Shown here piece after piece: positions 17,958 to 26,550 of a stretch of DNA of 64,000 nucleotides. The notes beneath the pieces are model-generated. The model worked only from the letters and a program-made list of their open reading frames with translations, was not told where the DNA came from and did no database searches. Origin of the DNA: Bacillota bacterium (GTDB lineage Bacteria; Bacillota; Sulfobacillia; Sulfobacillales; JAIMBI01). Positions within the stretch are counted from its first letter, which is position 1; each line of letters begins with the position of its first letter. Where the stretch lies: contig JAKADP010000005.1 in NCBI GenBank assembly GCA_021820465.1, forward strand, positions 9,661 through 73,660, in the 5' to 3' direction. Both the position numbers and the translations under genes were made by a program.

Positions 17958-19106
17958 CTAAGGCGTGGCGGCAGGCGACAGCGTGAGGCGAAAGCTGGTT
18001 CCTGAAGCCGCCGTGGGCACCACTTCAATCCACGTCTGCCCGGGGTCGAAGCGGGCCGGCTGGCCGTTGGCGAGATAGAACCGCGTGGGGGCGCCCGGGC
18101 CTTCATTGCGCCAGGTGCCGACGTAGTATCGGTTGCCCAAAAACATCTTGGCCACGCCTTGGCCGTGGGTGTCGATGAGGATCCACCGGTCACTGGGGTT
18201 CGGGTTGGGGTCGCTGTTGTCCAGGTACTCGGTCGTGTATTGAAAAATAATGTTTTTGGCCACGACGGGGCGATGCGAGTTTTCCCCCATCACCTGGGTG
18301 TACCCGGTTTGACTGCACGACACCGGGCACATCACCCAGCGGGTATAGCCGGCGTCGGCGCTGTTCCAGCGCCACTGCTCAATGGTGTTGCGCGTGTTCC
18401 AGCGCATGGTAATCGTCTGATACGGGGGTGCGCTGGCGCCAGCCGGCGTGGGGGCGGCAAACGACCACTGCGGCGTCACCGCCGGATTGCCCCAGTGGCG
18501 CCGGGCATAGGCCATCAGGGTCGCCATGTTGGAGAAGAGGTTGTGCGGAGCGGGCAGCGCGGTGGTGCGATAGTAAAGCGACTGCGCGTTGGCCAGCCCA
18601 TCCATGTTGTGAATCCCGTCGGCGATAATGGCCTGGTCCCCTAAGGTGGAGCCGCCTGCATGCGCATACGCCGCGCCCCACGAATGCACCCAGCTGACAA
18701 AGTACGGCCGCGCCGACCGGACCGGGCCCACGACCTTGGGCGCGTGGCCCCAGTACAGCAGCATGAACCGGGTGTAGTAAAAGCTCTCCATGTACGCCTC
18801 GTACACGACATCCGCCGAGGACAGGCCAAACTGCGGGCGGGCGTATTCGGAGTTTTCGATCATGAGAGCCACCAGCGGGCCGTGCACGGGCGTCGGCAGG
18901 CCGGTGAGCGGGTCGCGGGGGCCGGTGTTCGTGGCGACGGGCGCGGCCGCCGGATGTCGGGCGTGATGGTGCGCCGGGCTCGCGGTCGGCGCGGGGCCGC
19001 CGCAGGCCGCCAACAACGTCATGCCGGCCGCGAGCAGCACCGGCCAGATGAAGCCGAGGTGCTCCCTCGCGCCGGACTCGGTGGCTGGGGTGAGAAAACC
19101 TTTCAT
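17958..19106 (-). CDS. DUF3048-family lipoprotein (YerB-like)
   Basis: An internal ATG at 19106 gives a signal peptide with lipobox LLAACGG. This is followed by DPLTGL...MIENS..ARPQ.GLS.ADVVYE, typical of DUF3048. The upstream 137 residues of the track ORF are junk. Confidence 0.75.
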   Translation of the reverse strand: MKGFLTPATESGAREHLGFIWPVLLAAGMTLLAACGGPAPTASPAHHHARHPAAAPVATNTGPRDPLTGLPTPVHGPLVALMIENSEYARPQFGLSSADVVYEAYMESFYYTRFMLLYWGHAPKVVGPVRSARPYFVSWVHSWGAAYAHAGGSTLGDQAIIADGIHNMDGLANAQSLYYRTTALPAPHNLFSNMATLMAYARRHWGNPAVTPQWSFAAPTPAGASAPPYQTITMRWNTRNTIEQWRWNSADAGYTRWVMCPVSCSQTGYTQVMGENSHRPVVAKNIIFQYTTEYLDNSDPNPNPSDRWILIDTHGQGVAKMFLGNRYYVGTWRNEGPGAPTRFYLANGQPARFDPGQTWIEVVPTAASGTSFRLTLSPAATP

Positions 19107-19370
19107 GCCGCAGCGGCCACGCCGCTCCCTCCTGCCGTAAGCTGTCTCTATCGAGCTGACGCTGTCGTCGACTGTCATTCCGTGAACGCCTGCGAGAGCC
19201 GCATGGTTACGTGAAGTGTACCACGGGGGGCCGGGCTCGACATCCCGACGTCCGAGCGGATCGCCGGGTGGCTGCCACCAGCGGGTTGGCCGATACCTCC
19301 TATGGGATTGCGTGCGGCCGGGAGTCCTTTTATGCTGGACCAACAAGCTTACGGGGCAAGGTGGTGGCCG

Positions 19371-19823
19371 ATGCAGCTGGCAGAGGTGTATCGGCGACTG
19401 GAGGCCGGGTCCCACCGGCTGACGCCGCAGCGGCACCTGCTCCTGCGCACGCTGGCGGGTCACGGGGACACACCCCTGTCTGCCGAGGAGCTGCAGGCGC
19501 GGGCGGAGGCGGAGCATCGCCTCCGGGTGGGACTGGCCACCGTATACCGCACGCTGGACCTCTTGGAGTCCTTAAACGTCGTGGCCCGAATTGAAGACCG
19601 CGGGGCCCAGGACACGTCCGCCCGGTTTGTCTGGGCAGGTGAGGACGGAGCCGGTCAGCCCAAGCGCGTGTGTGTGCGCTGTGGGGAGGTGGGCCCCATT
19701 CCGGCGGACTGGACCGCAAGCGTCTGGCAGCGGCTCAAGGACGAGCAGGGCTTCGAGGTTGTGGACCAGGAGGTGCGCGTCTATGGCGTGTGCCAACCGT
19801 GCCGGGGATCCACACTGGAGTAG
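19371..19823 (+). CDS. Fur-family transcriptional regulator (atypical: structural CxxC pairs only)
   Basis: A winged-helix region (RLTPQRHLLL...LSAEEL...VGLATVYRTLDLL) and two CxxC pairs (CVRCG, CQPC). ATG at 19371 follows AAGGTGGTGG. Confidence 0.85.
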   Translation: MQLAEVYRRLEAGSHRLTPQRHLLLRTLAGHGDTPLSAEELQARAEAEHRLRVGLATVYRTLDLLESLNVVARIEDRGAQDTSARFVWAGEDGAGQPKRVCVRCGEVGPIPADWTASVWQRLKDEQGFEVVDQEVRVYGVCQPCRGSTLE

Positions 19824-19833
19824 GAGGCGTGAC

Positions 19834-20193
19834 ATGATTCGCCTATACCACTACCGCGGGTGAAGCACGTGCGTGAGGGCGAAAGCGTGGCTTTCGCAGG
19901 CGTTGGCCGACCAGAAGCTGTCGGCCGCTTTGCTGGAGGAGCGGGATCTCATCCGCGACCCCCTGTCGGCCCACGAGGTGCACGACCTGGTGCGCCGGGC
20001 CGGCGGCATCGAGGCGGTGCTGGCGACCCGAAGCCCGGCGTACCGGGCGCGGGTGAGCGCCGTCGCCGATGAGGCCGGCTGGCTCTCAGCCATGGCCGAA
20101 GAGCCGCGGCTCATCCGCCGACCCATTCTGGAGACGGATCGGGGCATGGCGGTGGGCTTCTCCGAGGCCAATTGGCGGCGGCTGCTGGACTGA
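19834..20193 (+). CDS. ArsC/Spx-family thioredoxin-fold protein with in-frame TGA (19861-19863) at the first Cys of CxxC: candidate selenoprotein
   Basis: TAGGAGG (19821-19827), 6 nt, then ATG at 19834. The translation is MIRLYHYRG-[TGA]-STCVRAKAWLSQALADQ... and is open to 20193. It aligns with the Spx/ArsC N-terminus (M..LY....C..CRKA..WL). The track shows only the fragment starting at GTG 19873. Confidence 0.7.
19879..19897 (+). promoter_or_regulatory. SECIS-like hairpin
   Basis: GCGAAAGC-GUG-GCUUUCGC is an 8-bp perfect stem that starts 15 nt after the TGA. Confidence 0.55.
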
Positions 20194-20465
20194 CGGCCCC
20201 GCCCCGCGGCGGCCGGTCCCGCCACACCGTGCGCTCTACGACGGCCGCGAGCCTTCCAACACGGATGCCCCTGGCACTATCTTCCGCGGCAGCCGCCAGC
20301 CCCGCAGAGACGCCGTGCCGCGCAAAGCACGCGCCCTGCCTGGAGCATCTCCTGGAGCCGGGGACAAGCGGAAGCCGTCGGTCAGCGCCCGATCCATTGA
20401 CACGCCGCTATACTTAGAGAAGTGACTGGGGTTCTGAAGACGACGACAGCAAGGGGGTGGTGCGC

Positions 20466-21470
20466 ATGATGACGGAGCCGCTGACCCGACCCGCGCTGCA
20501 GGACAAGTTTGGACGGGTCGTCCACAAGCTGCGCATTTCCCTGACGGATCGGTGCAACTTTCGGTGTGTGTACTGCATGCCCGAGGATGCGGAGTTTCTT
20601 CCCCACGACGAGTTGCTGACCGCTGACGAGATTGTGCGGGTAGCCGGGCTATTTGCCGAAATGGGCGCGGACACGATTCGGCTTACCGGCGGGGAGCCGC
20701 TGATGCGGCCCGACGTTGTGGACATCACCCGGCGGCTGAAGCAGCTTCCCGGGGTGCATCGGGTGTCGATGACCACCAATGGGTTCATGCTACCGCGCCT
20801 GGCCGCTCCCTTGGTCCAGGCTGGCTTGGACGGCGTGAACGTGAGCCTCGACACCCTGGATCCGGTGCGGTTTCAAGTGCTGGCGCGCCGCCGCTACCTC
20901 AAGGAGGTGCTGGCGGGCATCCAGGCGGCCGAGGCGGCGGGGCTCACCCCGGTCAAAATCAACACGGTCGTCATGCGCGGTGTCAACGACAGCGAGATTG
21001 GGGAGTTTCTGGGGTGGGCCCGCGACACAGGGCACGTGGTCCGGTTCATTGAGTTTATGCCGCTGGACGCCGACAACATCTGGCAGCGGCAGACGGTGGT
21101 GACGCTGGCCGAAATTTTGGAGGTGGCGCGGAGCATCGGGCCGGTGGACGAAGTGGGAGAGGACAAGGCCAGCCCGGCGCGCCTGTATCGCTTTCGCGAC
21201 GGCCGCGGCACCTTCGGGGTAATCGCGTCGGTCTCGGAGCCGTTCTGTGCGGACTGCGACCGAGTGCGGCTCACGGCCGAAGGTCGGATTCGCAACTGCC
21301 TGTTTGCCACCGACGAGACCGACCTGCGGGCGCTGCTGCGCAACGGAGCAGACGACGAAGCGCTCGTCCAGCGGATGCGCGACGCGGTCGCCGAGAAGTG
21401 GGCCGGCCATCTCATTGCCCAGCCAGGCTTTGTCAAGCCGGAGCGCACCATGCACCGGATCGGCGGCTGA
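20466..21470 (+). CDS. moaA: GTP 3',8-cyclase (molybdenum cofactor biosynthesis protein A)
   Basis: The radical-SAM motif is LRISLTDRCNFRCVYCMP, and the C-terminal cluster Cys motif is CADCDRVRLTAEG. ATG at 20466 follows AAGGGGGTGG. The track start is GTG at 20457. Confidence 0.9.
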   Translation: MMTEPLTRPALQDKFGRVVHKLRISLTDRCNFRCVYCMPEDAEFLPHDELLTADEIVRVAGLFAEMGADTIRLTGGEPLMRPDVVDITRRLKQLPGVHRVSMTTNGFMLPRLAAPLVQAGLDGVNVSLDTLDPVRFQVLARRRYLKEVLAGIQAAEAAGLTPVKINTVVMRGVNDSEIGEFLGWARDTGHVVRFIEFMPLDADNIWQRQTVVTLAEILEVARSIGPVDEVGEDKASPARLYRFRDGRGTFGVIASVSEPFCADCDRVRLTAEGRIRNCLFATDETDLRALLRNGADDEALVQRMRDAVAEKWAGHLIAQPGFVKPERTMHRIGG

Positions 21471-22319
21471 TCACAGGGCCGTTGGCAGGCTCGTGAGCGC
21501 TTCGCGGTACTGGGACAAGCTTTCCGCCCGCTCGGGATCATTCTGGCTGTACAGCTGAATCAGGATCGTGAGCATGCGCACCAGCATGAACCGGGTGGGC
21601 GTGGGACTCAAGTACGAGGGATGATAGCCAAATCCGTTGGTCACCAGGAACTGCACGCAGTCGGCCCGGGACAAGATTTGGCCGCCATGGAACGGGTCAA
21701 TGAAAAAGGCGTCGTTGTACTGCAGCAGAAAGTGTCCCGGCATGCCAATGCCGGTCACAGGGAGCCGCAGCCGGCGCGCCAGCAGCAAGTAGACCGTGGC
21801 CAGCTGGATCGGCATCCCGAGCCGTCGGTCCAGCACGCGGTTCACATAGCAGTTGTCGGGATCGTAGTAGTTGTCTTCGTTGCCGCGAAACCCCAGCTCT
21901 CCGAAGAGATAGTCGTTCATCGCAGAAATCACGTCGCGTCCCTTGGGCAAGCCGCTCAGGCGAGTCGACAGGACGTCGGCCATCTCGTCGAGCTGCTGGT
22001 GGTAGTGGGCTCGGTCCAAGCCGGGGTATCCCGATTCGGCGACCAGCATGGCCCCGTCCTCCAAGTCCAGCCAGGGGGTGGGCAGGCTCGCAAACCGCTG
22101 AAACCGCGCGCCCAGCTCATCCAGCCGGAGTGTCTCCAAGATGCCGTACACGCGCGTGCGCACATGGGGGTCGTCCGCTTCCCGCGAAGCTTCCAGGTAG
22201 GGGCGAGCCTGCTGGCGCGCTTCCAATAAGGTTTGGCGCGCGATGCGGGCCGTCTTGATGTCGTCGTCGCCCAACAGCACAATCAGGGCCCGCAATTCGT
22301 TGTCGGTCCAGGTCTTCAT
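21471..22319 (-). CDS. transglutaminase-like / SirB1 (UPF0162) family protein
   Basis: 282 aa. The central segment NYYDP.N.Y.N.VL.RR.G.PI.L...Y....RRL..P..GIG.PGHF is characteristic of the SirB1/YchA family. Its stop abuts the moaA stop with no intergenic base. Confidence 0.7.
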   Translation of the reverse strand: MKTWTDNELRALIVLLGDDDIKTARIARQTLLEARQQARPYLEASREADDPHVRTRVYGILETLRLDELGARFQRFASLPTPWLDLEDGAMLVAESGYPGLDRAHYHQQLDEMADVLSTRLSGLPKGRDVISAMNDYLFGELGFRGNEDNYYDPDNCYVNRVLDRRLGMPIQLATVYLLLARRLRLPVTGIGMPGHFLLQYNDAFFIDPFHGGQILSRADCVQFLVTNGFGYHPSYLSPTPTRFMLVRMLTILIQLYSQNDPERAESLSQYREALTSLPTAL

Positions 22320-22504
22320 GCTCTCCCTCCCCCTTTGCCTCCGTGGACCCTATGAACCAGGTACGTCGGACAGACGGCTGCGGATTCACCAGCACTATAT
22401 GGCACGCGGCGATTCTTCGTCGACGCTCCTGGGGCTGCCATAGAAATTCGCCCTCCCAGCGCCGATTCCTGCTCCCGAGGCCATGGCCGTGCGAGCAATT
22501 GTTG

Positions 22505-22915
22505 TTAGAAGCCCCAGAGCCCGGTGGTGAATCCGCGGGCCGCCAGCAAAAACATCACAAAGATGAGAATAGCGTATACCAGCGGCTCGTTGAAGCGGCC
22601 GTAGTCCCGGGCCATGGCGTCGCGGAGCCCCCGCCCGGGCCTCAGGGCCTGCTCTACGAGGACGGCCAGCAGCAAGATGGCGCCGTACAAATAATGAAGC
22701 GGGTCCTTGGCGTGGCCCACGGTAAAATACAGCACGACGCCTGCCACCGCCTGGAGGCCGATGAGCCGGTCGACATGCGTGAGGCCGGTCCACACGGACG
22801 CCGGGACGGCCCCCGAGGGGCGGGCCCGAAACGTTGCGATGCTGAGCCCCAGCGTGCCAGCCATCAGCGCGATGGCAAACACCAGATGAACGTACACCAG
22901 CCACTGCACTTGCAT
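22505..22915 (-). CDS. small integral membrane protein, unknown function
   Basis: Four hydrophobic segments. The start is ATG at 22915 or GTG at 22909, after AGGAGGG. The upstream part of the track ORF is non-hydrophobic junk. Confidence 0.55.
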   Translation of the reverse strand: MQVQWLVYVHLVFAIALMAGTLGLSIATFRARPSGAVPASVWTGLTHVDRLIGLQAVAGVVLYFTVGHAKDPLHYLYGAILLLAVLVEQALRPGRGLRDAMARDYGRFNEPLVYAILIFVMFLLAARGFTTGLWGF

Positions 22916-23105
22916 CCCTCCTGGCCACTCGGGTCCAGGAGAGCTTCGCGCCCGGGGGCTGGGATCCTGCCGCCCCTGTCCCACAGGATTTCCCGCCGGG
23001 CTCTAAAAATTCCCCGGAGCCCAATTTTCGCCGAAGCAAGCGCTGGAGTAGAGTGGAGAGAGACTGGCCGGGCGGGCGTGACAAGGACCGCCAGAGGGGT
23101 GGACC

Positions 23106-24194
23106 ATGCTGACCGATGTCGTAATTGTCGGCGGAGGCCTCGTGGGCCTCATGACGGCCGAGCGCTTGGCGCGCGAAGGGTTGGACGTGACGCTGGTGGA
23201 CCGAGGGGAGCCCGGGGCCGGCTGGAGCGGCATTGGGCTGGTCGCGCCCGCCCTGGATGGTGCGGCTGCTCCCCCGCTGGTGGATCTGGTGGACGACGCG
23301 ATGCACCGATGGCCCGATTGGCTGGTGGATGCCGACCTGGCCGACCAGCTTCCCCTGGCAGCCGGGGTTCTGGCGGTGGCGGAGAGTCCCTTCCACCGCC
23401 AGGAGCTGGAGCGCGTGCGGCCGCGCGTGGAGCGGCGGCACCCCACGGCAGAGTGGCTGGCGGGCGGACACCTGGCGGAGGCGGTGCCGGGACTGGGGCG
23501 CCACATCGAGGCGGGCATGCTGCACCGCGACGCCCAGCGGGTGGACCCGCACCGCTTGGGCACGCTGCTGTGCGCCTCCCTCGTGCGCCGGGGGGGACGC
23601 GTTCGCTGGGGGACGCCGGCGCTGGCGCTCGACGTGCGCGGCGACCGCGTGCATGGCGTCCGACTGCCCGGCGAAATTCTCCCCGGCGGGGCCGTGGTGC
23701 TGGCCACGGGGGCTCAGGCGCCGGGACTGTGGCCAGAGGGGGCGGCTCCCTTGGCGTGGGCAGCCCAGCGCTGGACCACCGTCCTGCTGGACGGCGTGCC
23801 CGTGCCGCCGGTCGCGATTGTGGGGCGCGGGCGGCTGGTGGCGCCCCTGGACAGTGGCCACGTGGCGCTCGTGTCGGCCGCCGAGGGCAGCGACTACCGA
23901 GCCGGGGCGTCCGCGGCGACCCTCCGCCGGACGCTGGACGCGGCCGACCTTCTGCCGGCGGTGGCTGACGGGCGTGTGGTGGCCGTGGAGGCGTGGCTGG
24001 GCCCGGCGCCGGTGGACGGCCTGCCGCTGATGGGGGGCTGGGCGGGGCTGAGCGGGCTGGCAGTGGCGGTGGGGGCGGACGGGCATGGCCTCACGCTGGG
24101 CCCTCTCATGGCCGACGTGGTGTACGCGCTGCTGTTTGACATCGCGGTCCCGTTTAATTTGGCCCCATTTCGGCCAGACCGAGGGGAGGCATGA
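23106..24194 (+). CDS. FAD-dependent oxidoreductase (DAO/glycine-oxidase family)
   Basis: N-terminal dinucleotide fold DVVIVGGGLVGL, and a C-terminal GHGLTLGP motif. Confidence 0.8.
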   Translation: MLTDVVIVGGGLVGLMTAERLAREGLDVTLVDRGEPGAGWSGIGLVAPALDGAAAPPLVDLVDDAMHRWPDWLVDADLADQLPLAAGVLAVAESPFHRQELERVRPRVERRHPTAEWLAGGHLAEAVPGLGRHIEAGMLHRDAQRVDPHRLGTLLCASLVRRGGRVRWGTPALALDVRGDRVHGVRLPGEILPGGAVVLATGAQAPGLWPEGAAPLAWAAQRWTTVLLDGVPVPPVAIVGRGRLVAPLDSGHVALVSAAEGSDYRAGASAATLRRTLDAADLLPAVADGRVVAVEAWLGPAPVDGLPLMGGWAGLSGLAVAVGADGHGLTLGPLMADVVYALLFDIAVPFNLAPFRPDRGEA

Positions 24195-24297
24195 GGCCAA
24201 TCCCCGCGTCAGGAGGCCTCCGGGCGGTTTACGGCCGGGGGGAAGTTCGGTATCGTCTACCGATGCGTGCGGCCGGGCGATGGCAAGGGGGCTGGCG

Positions 24298-24909
24298 ATG
24301 AGCAACAATCCGTTCGATCGATCGGGGGCATCGGCCCCACAGGATCCGATGGAAGAGACGCGGCAAACGCTGGCGCACCTGGCGCGACTGACCATGGGGA
24401 TCCCCCCCGCCCACCTCATGGTGGGCTACCTGCTGGCCCATGCGGAGCGTGTGCGATTTACGCCTGCCTTAGATACCGAGGCGCCCTTGGCGATGGCATT
24501 TGGCGTACACCGCCGCATCGAGGTGCCGCTGGTTCCCTGGGAAGGGTTTGCCCACGGCGTGCCCATTCCCGATCCCCTGCTGTGGATTGAGGCGGCCCGC
24601 GGCCATACTCGCACCCCCATCGCCATCCGCGTCTCGACGGATGACCGGCTGCTGGGGGCCCTGCTGGCCCGGCACTTTGAGCGGCACCATGCCGGAGACG
24701 CCCGGCGCCAGCGCGAGGACCAGGTGCAGCGCCTGCGGCAGCAGGTGGATCAGACGCTGGACATCTACGCCGAGCTCAAGCGGCTGTTGGCGGACCCGGA
24801 CCGCGATGCCGACGGCCACCTCCCAGAATTTCTGCTGATGGCCGAGGAGCAGATGGCGCACCTCAGCCAAGAGCTGACCGCCTTGAAAGGGCAGATGAAC
24901 CCGTCGTAG
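24298..24909 (+). CDS. hypothetical protein with C-terminal coiled-coil-like segment
   Basis: ATG at 24298 follows AAGGGGG. The composition looks coding, and I recognise no motif. Confidence 0.55.
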   Translation: MSNNPFDRSGASAPQDPMEETRQTLAHLARLTMGIPPAHLMVGYLLAHAERVRFTPALDTEAPLAMAFGVHRRIEVPLVPWEGFAHGVPIPDPLLWIEAARGHTRTPIAIRVSTDDRLLGALLARHFERHHAGDARRQREDQVQRLRQQVDQTLDIYAELKRLLADPDRDADGHLPEFLLMAEEQMAHLSQELTALKGQMNPS

Positions 24910-24977
24910 CGGCTGGCCGAGTCTAGGAGACCCGCCGCAAAAAGCTTGTCCGGCGGGCGACGCGTGTCCGTGGGGGA

Positions 24978-25883
24978 TCAGCGCCGGCGCCCTATATCGA
25001 CTTGCCCCTGAATGCCCCGCACGCCGTCCCACCAGCCGCGCCAGGCCGCCGCCGCGGTGGTGGGACGGCGGCGGAGCCATGACCGGATCGGCACCAGGTG
25101 CGCCGCCACCTGCGCCCACCCGATCGGCGCGGCCGGCCCGTGCTTTCTGGCAAACAGCCACGCATTGCGCACCACGTAGTAGGCCAGCTGGTCCGGGCGC
25201 CGCGCGAGGGAGTTGCGGCCCGCGTGGACCGCCTCGGCGGCGGGCACCACCACCACGCTGTAGCCTCGGTGTGCCAGCTGGAGGCAGAAGTCGAGGTCTT
25301 CACCATAGTGAAAGAAGCGCTCGTCGAAGCCCCCGACCACTTCCATCACGGCACGGGGCACCAACAGCGCCGCGCCAATGGCAAAGTCGACCCGCCGCGG
25401 GCCCGTCGGTGCCTCGTCGTAGCGCCTGAGACGCCAGAAGCCCCACGACCCGCCGCTGGCGGCGTGGCGCCCGTCCGGCTCCCGGAGGACCGGGGCCGCC
25501 GCGCCGACGTCGGGATGCTGTCCCAGGTAGGTGGCCAGCTCCGCCAGCATGTAGCGGTCGACCACGGCGTCATTGTTGATGATCGCGATGGCATCGGGCG
25601 CCGGCTGCCGGGTCAGCACGTGCCGAATGCCGGCATTGTTTCCTCCGGCATACCCTAAATTGTTCGCACAGCGCACCAGATCGACCTCACGGGGCAAGTC
25701 CGGGATGGGCGGGGCCGACTCGTTGTCCACCACCACCACGCGGACCGCGACCCCGACGCGCTGGCCGTCTGGGGTCCTTGGCTCCGAGGCCGTGAGGGAT
25801 GCCACGGCGGAGAGGGTTTTGGGCCAATCGTGCCAGTTGACGACGATGGCCGCGATGGTCGCCGTCTCGGGGCGTTCAGGCAT
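24978..25883 (-). CDS. glycosyltransferase family 2
   Basis: Motifs IVVNWH, VVVDNES, NLGYAGGNN, IINNDA and GEDLDF. Its ATG at 25883 overlaps the upstream gene stop by 8 nt (ATGCCTGA). Confidence 0.8.
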   Translation of the reverse strand: MPERPETATIAAIVVNWHDWPKTLSAVASLTASEPRTPDGQRVGVAVRVVVVDNESAPPIPDLPREVDLVRCANNLGYAGGNNAGIRHVLTRQPAPDAIAIINNDAVVDRYMLAELATYLGQHPDVGAAAPVLREPDGRHAASGGSWGFWRLRRYDEAPTGPRRVDFAIGAALLVPRAVMEVVGGFDERFFHYGEDLDFCLQLAHRGYSVVVVPAAEAVHAGRNSLARRPDQLAYYVVRNAWLFARKHGPAAPIGWAQVAAHLVPIRSWLRRRPTTAAAAWRGWWDGVRGIQGQVDIGRRR

Positions 25884-26469
25884 GGGGCGCCGCACGGAGT
25901 CCGGCCTGCCAGGCGGCCACCGTTCGGACGTCGGCCTGGCGCGGGAAGATTTTTTCGATGAGCATGCGATGCACGTCGGGGTCCATGTCCAAGCAGGCGT
26001 CCGACAGGACGGTGAGGTAGTAGTCTCGGTCAGCCGCCTCGCGGACCGTGGAGAGCACGACGCCACTGGTGGCAATGCCGGCCAGCACCAAGTGGGTCAC
26101 ACCCCGAGCACGCAGCAGCACCTCGAGGTCGCTGCCGGCAAAGGCACTCACCCGCAGCTTGGTGACCACGATGTCGTCGGGACGCGGGTCGACGGCCGGG
26201 TGAATGGCGGCCATCTCGGGGTCCGTCGCCCATGCCCCTCCTTGGGCGATGGCTGCAAACGAGCGATTGGCCGGGCTGACTTCGGGGAAGCCCGGTCGGA
26301 ACGCCACGCGGACGAACATCACGGGGATGTTGGCGGCGCGTGCGACATCCACCGCGGACCGCATGGGTTCGAGCCGAGTCGGATCGCCGGCAAATCGGGC
26401 CACGATACCGGTTTGAACATCCATAACCAGCAGCGCGGTGTGCGCTCCCGGAACGTTGGCGACTGCCAT
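25876..26469 (-). CDS. isochorismatase-family cysteine hydrolase
   Basis: Motifs ALLVMDVQ, VTKLRVSAF and LVLAGIATSGVV. Confidence 0.85.
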   Translation of the reverse strand: MAVANVPGAHTALLVMDVQTGIVARFAGDPTRLEPMRSAVDVARAANIPVMFVRVAFRPGFPEVSPANRSFAAIAQGGAWATDPEMAAIHPAVDPRPDDIVVTKLRVSAFAGSDLEVLLRARGVTHLVLAGIATSGVVLSTVREAADRDYYLTVLSDACLDMDPDVHRMLIEKIFPRQADVRTVAAWQAGLRAAPHA

Positions 26470-26550
26470 CGCGGGACCCTCCCCTTCGATTTCTTCAGGA
26501 TGGCTTCTGCAACTTTCTGCTAGTGTCCCCCCGGCCGGCTGCGCACGCGT

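Noticed and set aside
19861-19863. The four in-frame TGAs might be simple pseudogene lesions, sequencing errors or a reassigned stop codon (TGA as Trp or Gly).
   Set aside because: All four fall exactly on the redox-active Cys column of four different families. The frames are otherwise intact, with good SDs. TGA is used as a genuine stop by rpsI, hemQ, hemE and others in the same window. Sec recoding is the more economical explanation, but it remains unproven without the sel genes.
20194-20456. A possible Moco riboswitch upstream of moaA.
   Set aside because: I could not find the conserved Moco-motif elements or a convincing multi-stem structure. There is a TTGACA at about 20396, but no properly spaced -10.
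22343-24419. 541-aa (+) and 674-aa (-) ORFs overlapping the 23106-24194 region.
   Set aside because: Both are Arg/Pro/Gly-rich shadows. The real gene is the FAD oxidoreductase with a GxGxxG fold in the 23106 frame.
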